Below the pieces are notes generated by a model, which saw only the letters and a list, made by a program, of their open reading frames with translations, did no database searches and was not told where the DNA came from. 64,000 nt of DNA. Source: a virus (Duplodnaviria > Caudoviricetes). Below, one piece after another: positions 42,262 to 50,219 of this stretch; within the stretch, counting starts at the first letter, position 1; the number at the start of each line of letters is the position of its first letter. The position numbers and the translations under genes were made by a program. The stretch is from positions 14,783 to 78,782 of the IMG/VR virus record IMGVR_UViG_3300036868_000046; one strand, written 5' to 3'.

Positions 42262-42822
42262 ATGGCAACCTTCCACTCCTACGAAATCAGCCCGTGCCAT
42301 TTTTGGGACGGGTTCTCGCCCCGAGACTTGCTCGGTCGTCAAGGCCGCCCCCTGGAGCTATTCATCACCGTGGATGAATCGTTCCGGACGAATACGTGGT
42401 CGCTCAAGACCATCGAGCGTCTCGCCGTGCTCCACTGGCATGCGCGCTCCAATCTGGAGCTCGATCAACTGGCACCGGCGGCACGCAAGGCGATGTTCGC
42501 GTGGACCTCGGCCACCACGGTGGCGATGGGCAATGGCATCGTCCGTCACGACCGGCCACTGTCCAGCCTCTTATCAAACGGGATGGGGCCAAGCGCGAAC
42601 GAGATCCGGGGATCCGGACCCAAGCGCGCCCCGCGCCCCTTCCTCGTGCAGAGCCTTGACGAGCTCCACTGCAGCATCCGGACAGACCCGCGGGCGCTCA
42701 CGGCCATGCTCGAGATGGTCCCTGGCGACGTAGCGCCGGAGATGATGTTCTGGATCCACGTCGACGGCGACCACCGGATCCCCATCAGACATTACCGCGA
42801 CCTCCCCATCGATCAGGGATGA
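42262..42822 (+). CDS. Second, more diverged capsid-protein paralog
   Basis: WDGFSPRD, LELF, AMLEMVP and MFWIHVDG match 41604..42248; identical 13-nt upstream sequence. Confidence 0.6.
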   Translation: MATFHSYEISPCHFWDGFSPRDLLGRQGRPLELFITVDESFRTNTWSLKTIERLAVLHWHARSNLELDQLAPAARKAMFAWTSATTVAMGNGIVRHDRPLSSLLSNGMGPSANEIRGSGPKRAPRPFLVQSLDELHCSIRTDPRALTAMLEMVPGDVAPEMMFWIHVDGDHRIPIRHYRDLPIDQG

Positions 42823-42859
42823 ATGGCGCCGACCAGGCGTTCTGCGGTACGCTCCCGGC

Positions 42860-43591
42860 ATGGCGGATGCCAACTTCGATGCCGCGGTCGCCCAGGCCAG
42901 CGCGGTCTACGACCAGCTGGGCGAATGGATCGACCGCTACCACGGCGGCATTCCCCCGGGGTTCATCGCCGCGGCCATTACCCACGAGAGCGGCGGCGAC
43001 TTCAACGCGCCAGGTGACCCCGTGCTGGGCGAGGTCGGCTACCTCCAGGTCGCGGCCTACGTGCCGCCCCTCTTCGGGTACCCGGCCGAGGCCCGGATGG
43101 ACCCGGAGAGCAACATCGCGATCGGGGTTCTCGAATACGAGATGGAGGCGGCCTACTGGGCCGCCCGTTACCCCGAGGTGATGCTCGGGACCGCCGACAG
43201 CTGGAAGCTTGCACGTCTGGCCTTCGCTATCGGCCGCGCTGGCGCCTACCAGCTGGCGGACATGGCCCGGGCCAGCCAGGGCGGTCTGACGTCTGGTGAC
43301 GTCTACCACGACATCGTCCGGGCCACCTCCGCGGCGGGCGGCGTGGCCCTGGGCAGCCAGAGCGCCGCCAAAGTGCTGTCCCGGGTGGTCGACATCGACC
43401 GGCAGTGGGCGATCGGCCAGGCGGTGAATGGCGCCCCGCCGGGGCCTCCGCTCTACATCCCGGACCCGCCGGCCGGCCCCTACACCATCCCGGAGGACGC
43501 CGCCCCCTATTTCTCCCAGCAGATTCCGGTTACCATCGTGCTGGCGATCGGCCTGGGGTTGGTGGCGTGGCTGCTCTACAAAGGCTACTGA
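42860..43591 (+). CDS. Membrane-anchored lytic transglycosylase (SLT/lysozyme-like)
   Basis: AAITHESGGD (catalytic E), GYLQV, DPESNIAIG; C-terminal TM. Confidence 0.8.
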   Translation: MADANFDAAVAQASAVYDQLGEWIDRYHGGIPPGFIAAAITHESGGDFNAPGDPVLGEVGYLQVAAYVPPLFGYPAEARMDPESNIAIGVLEYEMEAAYWAARYPEVMLGTADSWKLARLAFAIGRAGAYQLADMARASQGGLTSGDVYHDIVRATSAAGGVALGSQSAAKVLSRVVDIDRQWAIGQAVNGAPPGPPLYIPDPPAGPYTIPEDAAPYFSQQIPVTIVLAIGLGLVAWLLYKGY

Positions 43592-43592
43592 C

Positions 43593-44033
43593 ATGAAGCC
43601 CATCATCAAGGCGCCGGATCCACGGCACAACAAGATCGGCCCGGTCTCGACCGACCGGAACATCGCGCAGGTGGCATCGCCGGCGGCGACGACCGGCCAG
43701 TCGCAGATGCGCATCAAGGCCAGCACCTATTTCACGGTGCCCGGAGATGCGCAAATTCTCTACGATGGGTCCCGCATCTGGGTGCGGGTCACGATCACGC
43801 TCCGCACGGCGGGCCCGGTCGTGGTGGGCGAGACGGCGCAGATCGTGCCGGTGACCTCCGGCCAGGGGATCCTCCTGGTCACGAACCAGCCGGTCGTGTT
43901 CGATCTGGCCAAGAGCAACAAGCTATTCATCGCCGCCAACGGTCTCAATCGCGTCGAATACCTCGTCCAGCCTTTGCCGTGGCTCGAGGAGATCACCGGC
44001 ACGCTGAGCACCGCGGCCGGAACGGTGAGGTAG
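43593..44033 (+). CDS. Small beta-sandwich virion protein
   Basis: Alternating beta-strand pattern; adjacent to the SLT gene. Confidence 0.6.
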   Translation: MKPIIKAPDPRHNKIGPVSTDRNIAQVASPAATTGQSQMRIKASTYFTVPGDAQILYDGSRIWVRVTITLRTAGPVVVGETAQIVPVTSGQGILLVTNQPVVFDLAKSNKLFIAANGLNRVEYLVQPLPWLEEITGTLSTAAGTVR

Positions 44034-44036
44034 GTC

Positions 44037-44828
44037 ATGTCGTATCCACAGCCAATCGCCGATACGGCGGGCCGAACCCAGGCCGACTTCTTCCGCATCA
44101 CCACGCCGCTCTCGTCGCCCGGCGACATCTACGAGTCGACGATGAGCAGCCTCGCGTTCGGCGTGGGGCCCGAGTCCGACATCGCCAACGTCCAGCTCTG
44201 CTACTTCGACGCCACGAAGAACACGGCAGCCAACCACACGTTCATGTCGTTCGCCACGGTGTCGCCGACGCGGACGTTCGTCGGGCGGCTCGACGCGAAC
44301 CAGTCGCAGAACTACACGCCGGCCGACCGCAAGGGCCGGATCTTCTTCTGGTCGGACAACATCTACGACCCGAACTACCGGCCGAGCGGGTTCAACCCGG
44401 CGATCAACACCATCGAGTTCGTCGCGCCGGTGCTCGACGTCATCCAGTATTTCCAGCCAGCACAGAGCCTCCAGTCCGCTCGGCTCGACAAGCAGTTCCA
44501 GTTCCTGGTGTTCCGCAGCACGTTCCTGGTCGTGCCGTACTACGGCCGCAAGTACTGCTACGTCGACTTCACGAACCGCAACGCGACCGACTCGGTGCCA
44601 TTCAGTATCCTGGGGGTCAACTACGTCATCACTCAGGACAACATCGCATCGCCGCCGCCGTACCACCAGGAGACCACCATCCTGCCGACCACCACGATCG
44701 CGCCGGGCGCCTCGCACACGACGATCATCACGGCAACGGGCACGGGGATGTTCGATGCCCTGGTATTCGGCACGACCGTCGGCGGCCCCACGCCGCTCCG
44801 GATTGTCGTGTCCGATGACATGGCGTGA
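44037..44828 (+). CDS. Beta-rich structural protein
   Basis: MSYPQ start; Thr/Phe/Val rich. Confidence 0.65.
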   Translation: MSYPQPIADTAGRTQADFFRITTPLSSPGDIYESTMSSLAFGVGPESDIANVQLCYFDATKNTAANHTFMSFATVSPTRTFVGRLDANQSQNYTPADRKGRIFFWSDNIYDPNYRPSGFNPAINTIEFVAPVLDVIQYFQPAQSLQSARLDKQFQFLVFRSTFLVVPYYGRKYCYVDFTNRNATDSVPFSILGVNYVITQDNIASPPPYHQETTILPTTTIAPGASHTTIITATGTGMFDALVFGTTVGGPTPLRIVVSDDMA

Positions 44829-44843
44829 TGAAAGGGTAATGAC

Positions 44844-45194
44844 ATGGCCACCGCAACCACGCTCGCTCAGGCCGCCGGCCAGTGCGCCGACAACATGGGC
44901 GTCTGGTGGAACATCAGCCAGCTGAAGGTCCGCCTCCAGGCGTTCGCTGGACCGCTGTTCGACTTCTTCCCCGACACGGATGCCAACGCGCGGCCAGTCG
45001 CCGACTGGCTGACCGTGCTGGTCTGCGCGGTCGATCCGATGCCCAACAACCTGACCATCACGCAGTACACGGACACGACCCAGATCATGTACCGCCTCTT
45101 GTGGATGGCGAGCTTTCTCCAGACGAGCAGCCTCATCACCAGCTCCCAGGCGGCGCAGGTGTTGGGCTCCTACAACGCCAATATCGGGTTCTAG
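44844..45194 (+). CDS. Hypothetical (structural?) protein
   Basis: Last gene of the plus-strand block. Confidence 0.6.
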   Translation: MATATTLAQAAGQCADNMGVWWNISQLKVRLQAFAGPLFDFFPDTDANARPVADWLTVLVCAVDPMPNNLTITQYTDTTQIMYRLLWMASFLQTSSLITSSQAAQVLGSYNANIGF

Positions 45195-45772
45195 GTCCAG
45201 CGCTCGGACTTGCGGCCCGATCCCACGATGTGGTGGAGGAGCGCCACGAAGTTCGGGTTGTAGAGCGCGCGGGGATCCCGCTTGTCGCGGATGAGCGCGA
45301 TGATCTCGTCCGCGCTCTTGGTGGTCAGCTGCGCGATGGCGAGCGCCGCGACGAGCGCCGACCTGTTGAGGCCCATGGCGCAGGTGATGAGCACGCGCTT
45401 GCCGCCTGCCAGGAACGTCACGACCATCCTGGAGGTCGCGGAGACGCGCGCGAGCATGGACTGGTCGACCGTGCCATCGACGATGGGGCAGCGGATCACG
45501 ACGCCGTGAAACCCGGTCCGCTCCGGCTGGATCTCCTTCGCGCAGAGGACCAGCGCATCGAACCCGGGGATGTCTCGATCGAATGGTGGCTCGCCGCCGA
45601 CCCAGAGGCGGTTCGAGATGGCCGACGCGTTGAGCTCCATGCTGGCCACCAGCCTACGCTTGGCGGCTGACACCCAACCTCCGCGGCGCGCCGCCGGCGC
45701 CTGCTCATGCGCGCGGCAGAACAGGCTCCCGGGCTCCTGGGGCGCCGAGCAGCGCGGCGCGATGCAGGTCAT
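45191..45772 (-). CDS. Dual-specificity protein phosphatase (PTP family) with N-terminal Cys/His finger
   Basis: RLWVGG, CPIVDG general-acid loop, CX5R motif ITCAMGLNRS, NPNF. Confidence 0.9.
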   Translation of the reverse strand: MTCIAPRCSAPQEPGSLFCRAHEQAPAARRGGWVSAAKRRLVASMELNASAISNRLWVGGEPPFDRDIPGFDALVLCAKEIQPERTGFHGVVIRCPIVDGTVDQSMLARVSATSRMVVTFLAGGKRVLITCAMGLNRSALVAALAIAQLTTKSADEIIALIRDKRDPRALYNPNFVALLHHIVGSGRKSERWT

Positions 45773-46608
45773 ACCTCCCAGGCGAGCGCCGCGAACGTCT
45801 TGGGGCCCAGGACCCCATCCGGCACGAGCCCATGCTCCGCCTGGTACTGCTTCAGCGCGCCCACCGTCTCCACGCCGAACGCCCGGGTGACCGTCACATT
45901 CAGCTGTTCCTGCACCCACCGGACGCGATCCCCGAACTCGCCAAGGCGCATCACGTTGAACCGCGACAGGTCCACCGTGTTCGTGAACCCCGGGCACGGA
46001 TACGCGTCGCCCTGGTACTGGTGCATCCACCAGTTACCGGGGTCGCCCCACACGCTCGGCACCTTCGGGCGGTAGGTCGGCTCGTCGAGGGTCAGGTGGG
46101 CCGGCGTGCGTGGCTGCCAGGGCCAGGGCTTGGCGAGCCAGAGCGGTGACCGTTTCAAGGCGCCGGGCGGCAGATTGCCCAGGACTTCTCTGACAACCCG
46201 GTCCGAGAAGTACACGATCGGCGTGACCTGGTACTGGCTTGCCATCTCGTTCCAGGCCGCATGCAGGATGTTCATCACCTCGGTGGCGGGGACACCGGCC
46301 TCCTCCACGTCGACGATGGGCGGGAAGTTCTTGCCCGCGCCCAGGCGGCCGACGTTGTCCGCGAACCTCCGCACCTGATCGGTCGGCGACTGGGTCATGC
46401 GCAGGAAGAGATACGCGCCCGTGATGAGCCCCGCTGCCTGCGCGCTGTTCATGTCGCGCGCGATCGTCGAATCGAGCATCGTGCCGTAGGCGCCGCGGAA
46501 GATCGCGAACCCGAGGCTGTTGCCGGCGCGCGTGCAGGCGTTCTTGAGCGCGCCCCAGTCCGGCGGCAGGTTGCCGTCGACGGAGGCGTAGTCGACACCG
46601 ATGATCAT
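45769..46608 (-). CDS. GH25 muramidase endolysin with C-terminal PG-binding domain
   Basis: GVDYAS, GAYLF, IVDVEE, WWMHQY, VDLSRF; DGVLGPKTFAAL. Confidence 0.85.
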   Translation of the reverse strand: MIIGVDYASVDGNLPPDWGALKNACTRAGNSLGFAIFRGAYGTMLDSTIARDMNSAQAAGLITGAYLFLRMTQSPTDQVRRFADNVGRLGAGKNFPPIVDVEEAGVPATEVMNILHAAWNEMASQYQVTPIVYFSDRVVREVLGNLPPGALKRSPLWLAKPWPWQPRTPAHLTLDEPTYRPKVPSVWGDPGNWWMHQYQGDAYPCPGFTNTVDLSRFNVMRLGEFGDRVRWVQEQLNVTVTRAFGVETVGALKQYQAEHGLVPDGVLGPKTFAALAWEV

Positions 46609-46931
46609 CGCCGCCTCAGCGTGCCGCCCACTGGAAAGGGAAGCGTGCCGGTCACCTTGAGCTCGGCCATCCGACGCACGCCGCGCTCGAACATCTCGCG
46701 GAAGGACTGCGTCAGGCTCTCGGGGATGAACGATGTCCTGCAGTCCTTGCCGTCCCGCTCGAACTCGCGAAACACCGCGACGGTCAACTGACCATCGAAG
46801 GACCGCTGGCTGATCACCGCCACGATCCCGTCGGTGTTCTTGAGGCGGTCGACATCTTGGAACCCACGACCCGAGGTCGGCTCCCCACCCCCATTCTTTG
46901 GCGAAGGCATCACAGATCTTTGCGGTGGCAT
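46605..46931 (-). CDS. Hypothetical protein
   Basis: TACCAT-N7-ATG; overlaps the endolysin start. Confidence 0.6.
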   Translation of the reverse strand: MPPQRSVMPSPKNGGGEPTSGRGFQDVDRLKNTDGIVAVISQRSFDGQLTVAVFREFERDGKDCRTSFIPESLTQSFREMFERGVRRMAELKVTGTLPFPVGGTLRRR

Positions 46932-47076
46932 CCCCTGCATGGTAGGGCATCCTCACCTCCCGGTCCACCACCTCTAGCGTGGTGGACCATGTGGGACACC
47001 TAGGGGTAGCGGCGGGGAGTTTCGGTTGATAGGTTCACGCCGCCACCACTACAGTGGTCGGCAGAGGAGATTCGAG

Positions 47077-47400
47077 ATGAGCAATGACAAGATGGAGCGC
47101 ATCGTCGGCGACGCCGCGCTGCGCGCTCGACACGCGGCCAGATACGAATGCGCGGTGTGCACAGGTATCGGCTGCGCCGCCGGGGCGGTTCTGTTCGCCG
47201 CGACGTACTTCATGGGCTTCTCCGGGATCGTGATCGCGCTGGCTACCTACTGGGGTGGCGGCGCGGTGACGGTCGCGGCCATCCGGTATCGCGCCGGACG
47301 CCAGCCGCCCGAGGTCCGGCAGTTCACCGACTCCTTCTGGCGAGGCTTCCGCGACGGCCTCGCCCTGGGGCCGGTGCGCCGCTGGTGGAGGTCCCGATGA
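47077..47400 (+). CDS. Membrane protein
   Basis: GAGGAG RBS, two TM segments. Confidence 0.6.
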   Translation: MSNDKMERIVGDAALRARHAARYECAVCTGIGCAAGAVLFAATYFMGFSGIVIALATYWGGGAVTVAAIRYRAGRQPPEVRQFTDSFWRGFRDGLALGPVRRWWRSR

Positions 47401-47621
47401 TGCGCCGCGCACCGGCGAACTCGCTCTCGGAGGCGTGGGTCATGCTCCAAGACCTGGCGACCCGCCACCCTGGGGCCACGATGGTCGTCCTGATCGACGA
47501 GGTCCTGGGCGTGGCCGTACCGAACATCACCTACACCATGAAGCTCCGGCTTCTCCAGCGGGTCATCGATCGACTCTCGCTGCAGGTGGACGAGCAGGGG
47601 ACTGGGACGGTGGCGACGTGA
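47397..47621 (+). CDS. Hypothetical protein
   Basis: ATGA overlap with the upstream gene. Confidence 0.5.
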   Translation: MMRRAPANSLSEAWVMLQDLATRHPGATMVVLIDEVLGVAVPNITYTMKLRLLQRVIDRLSLQVDEQGTGTVAT

Positions 47622-47776
47622 CGGAGCGGATCTGGGGACATGCCAGTGGCTGGTATCTGGCCTACCAGCTGCTGGGCGGGGCCGTGGCGCTCGGGATCGC
47701 CATCTGCGATGTCCTCTCCACGGTCATGTTCGCGATCTCCGACCAGATGGCGAACGACGATCTGCGCCTGAACTGA
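47618..47776 (+). CDS. Small membrane protein
   Basis: GTGA overlap; hydrophobic. Confidence 0.4.
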   Translation: MTERIWGHASGWYLAYQLLGGAVALGIAICDVLSTVMFAISDQMANDDLRLN

Positions 47777-48623
47777 CCAGGCCCGAGGCCAGGTCCTGGC
47801 CGATGCGGTCGAGGTCTGCCTGCGAGACGGCGTCGACGTAGCGCGCCGCGGTCGTCATCGACTCCCACCCCATGAACTTCTGCAGCTTCACGATGGCGTT
47901 CGGATCGCCAGCGAGGCGGTCGAGGTAGCGCGTCGCGAACGTGTGGCGGAAGCGGTGCGGGTTCATCTCGTCGATGCCCACCTTCTTGGCCATCCGGCGC
48001 GACGCGCGCCAGATCGCCTTCGATGCCACCTTGGGGTTCTCCGACGTCGTCACCAGCTCGGCGACACGCGTCCACCCAGGGTACGAGTAGAGGACCCGGA
48101 GCGGCTCCAGGATGGGCGTGGCGTCGAACTCGAGGCGCTTCCTGCCCTTGCCCTCGTAGGTCAGCTTGCCCGTCGAGAGCGCGCGCTCCACCTCGCTCCG
48201 CCTCATCCGCAAGATGTCGCCGGACCTAAGGCCGCGCAGGGCCATGATGAGCACCACCTGGCGCTTGGGCTCGGTGTTGACCTTGCTCTCGTCGGTCTGC
48301 ACCTGGTGCAGCACGCGACGCAGGTCGTCGATCGGAAGCGGCGCCTTGTCGCGCAGCCGGCGCGCGGGCGGAAGGCGCAGGTCCGCGAGTCGCTGCCGGA
48401 GCTCCTCGTCCTTGCTGTAGAGTGCCCAGGACCGCAGCGCGGCGAGGTTCGTGCGGAGGCTGTTGGGCGCCAGCGCGCCGGCGATCAGCCGGTGCGTGAT
48501 GCCCTTGGCGTCGGACGCGCACATGCGGAGGTTCGAGACGTAGAGCGCGGCCGTCCCAGAAGACCGCCCTCGCTCCATGAGCCAGGTCGTGAAGCGTTCC
48601 AGGTTCTGCTCCGTGATCTTCAC
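47724..48623 (-). CDS. Tyrosine recombinase / integrase
   Basis: SAM-like N-domain (SSGTAALY), catalytic R (GLRSGD), K (GKGRK), HxxR (PHRFRH), GW and Y (TTAARY). Confidence 0.92.
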   Translation of the reverse strand: MKITEQNLERFTTWLMERGRSSGTAALYVSNLRMCASDAKGITHRLIAGALAPNSLRTNLAALRSWALYSKDEELRQRLADLRLPPARRLRDKAPLPIDDLRRVLHQVQTDESKVNTEPKRQVVLIMALRGLRSGDILRMRRSEVERALSTGKLTYEGKGRKRLEFDATPILEPLRVLYSYPGWTRVAELVTTSENPKVASKAIWRASRRMAKKVGIDEMNPHRFRHTFATRYLDRLAGDPNAIVKLQKFMGWESMTTAARYVDAVSQADLDRIGQDLASGLVSSGADRRSPSGRRSRT

Positions 48624-48645
48624 GTCCTGTCCTACAATACCACGC

Positions 48646-49443
48646 ATGACCCACGTGCTGACCTCGAACCCCCCTTGGGCCACCAGGGTGCTGACCGAGT
48701 CATGGATGACCATGCGCGAGTACGTCAGGCCCGCGTGGCTCCCCATCATCGAAGCCGTCGAGTACACCCAGCCTGGGCTGGTCGTCGGCGAGATCCATGA
48801 ATACGGGTGCGGCGCCTACGGGTGCGTGTTCCCAACGCACGACCCCAAGGTCGTCCTGAAGATCACCGCCGACGACACCGAGGCCGAGTTCGCGGCGATG
48901 CTCGCGCCGTCCATCGCAGCACCGATCTGCACGGACTACTACACCGTGCTGAAGCTCGGGAAGAAGTTCAAGGATAGCCACAAGGGCACGGAGAAGACCG
49001 AGCTCTACCTCCTCTGGCGGGAGGCGGCGTCGCATGTGGGCGACGCCGAACGCCTGGGCAAGGCGGCCCGCCGCCTCATCCTCGAACAGCACGGGCGTGC
49101 CCAGGCGGCCTACCACGCGATCTTTCACCATCAAGATGACCAGGTGATCGCTGGTGACGTCCGCGCGTGGCTCGCGGCGCTCGACCGCATGGCGGAGGAT
49201 CCGACCGTCGGCGCGCTCGGCGCCGGGATGGCCAGGACCTTCCGGGAGCAGCGCATCCTGTTCGGCGATGTCCACGACGGCAATGTAGGTATCGTGCACC
49301 GCGGCGCCGATGACATGTGGGTCATCACCGACCCCGGCCACGTGGCGGTGGTTGAAGTCGACCTCGATGCGCACGTCGCCACGCTACGACGTCAGAGCAC
49401 GCCGCGCCCTGGTCCCGCCGTCACAACGCGTCTGAGTCGCTAG
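48646..49443 (+). CDS. Protein-kinase-like (ePK/APH fold) protein
   Basis: Gly loop YGCGAYGCVF, VLKIT, catalytic GDVHDGNVG, ITDPG. Confidence 0.8.
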   Translation: MTHVLTSNPPWATRVLTESWMTMREYVRPAWLPIIEAVEYTQPGLVVGEIHEYGCGAYGCVFPTHDPKVVLKITADDTEAEFAAMLAPSIAAPICTDYYTVLKLGKKFKDSHKGTEKTELYLLWREAASHVGDAERLGKAARRLILEQHGRAQAAYHAIFHHQDDQVIAGDVRAWLAALDRMAEDPTVGALGAGMARTFREQRILFGDVHDGNVGIVHRGADDMWVITDPGHVAVVEVDLDAHVATLRRQSTPRPGPAVTTRLSR

Positions 49444-49524
49444 CGTCCGGCCGCAAGAAGCGCACTATCGGTAGGGCTGCTCACCGGCGCAGTGCGGCGT
49501 GGGCGCGCGCGATGTGGATGAACC

Positions 49525-49716
49525 TTGCCAGGTTCTGGAGTACCGTCGTTCACGATGTGGAGGATGTACGTCCTGGCTCGCCACCTGCGGTGGTTCGGTC
49601 TGCTCGAGATTGGTCTGGCCATGCTGGATGGGTCCTACTGGCAGGAGACCATCTACGACGATCGGAACTTCGTCGACCGCGGCGACCCGAGCGTCGACTT
49701 CGGCGGAGGGGAGTAG
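49525..49716 (+). CDS. Small hypothetical protein (start uncertain)
   Basis: Abuts the next gene's start. Confidence 0.4.
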   Translation: MPGSGVPSFTMWRMYVLARHLRWFGLLEIGLAMLDGSYWQETIYDDRNFVDRGDPSVDFGGGE

Positions 49717-49962
49717 GTGCCGATCCGCCAGCCGCACGACCGGCGCATCTACCTCATGATGTGCCTGACCCGCCAGGATGAGCGGGTCTCGAAGGTCCGG
49801 CTCATGCGCGATCCGCACGACGAGCCGCTGCTCGCGCTGGAGTTCGATCCGCCCTCCGATCTGCACACCGCCGTGGACACGTTCTGCGGCTACGTCCAGA
49901 AGAAGCTGCCGCAACAGGATGGCGTTCGCTACGTCATCCGGCTGACCGGGAGACCTGCATGA
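49717..49962 (+). CDS. Hypothetical protein
   Basis: GGAG RBS; coupled to the next gene. Confidence 0.55.
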   Translation: MPIRQPHDRRIYLMMCLTRQDERVSKVRLMRDPHDEPLLALEFDPPSDLHTAVDTFCGYVQKKLPQQDGVRYVIRLTGRPA

Positions 49963-50219
49963 CCCGCATGACGCTCGGCGAGTGGCTGCAGGCATACGGC
50001 GAGTGGCTGCAGGCATACGACGACTACCTCGACGGCAAGATCGAGTATCGCGACTTGCCCCAGCGGTTCCTCTCCGCTGGGTCCGCGACGCGTCAGGCCC
50101 TCGTCGCAGCGTGGTACGACGCCAGCACGGGCGGGAGCATGTGCGTCGTGGTCGACTTGCCCGCGCGCCCGGCGAAGCACCGCTCGAACCTTCCCAAGGC
50201 GCGAGTCATCCGGAGATGA
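49959..50219 (+). CDS. Hypothetical protein
   Basis: ATGA overlaps on both sides. Confidence 0.55.
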   Translation: MTRMTLGEWLQAYGEWLQAYDDYLDGKIEYRDLPQRFLSAGSATRQALVAAWYDASTGGSMCVVVDLPARPAKHRSNLPKARVIRR

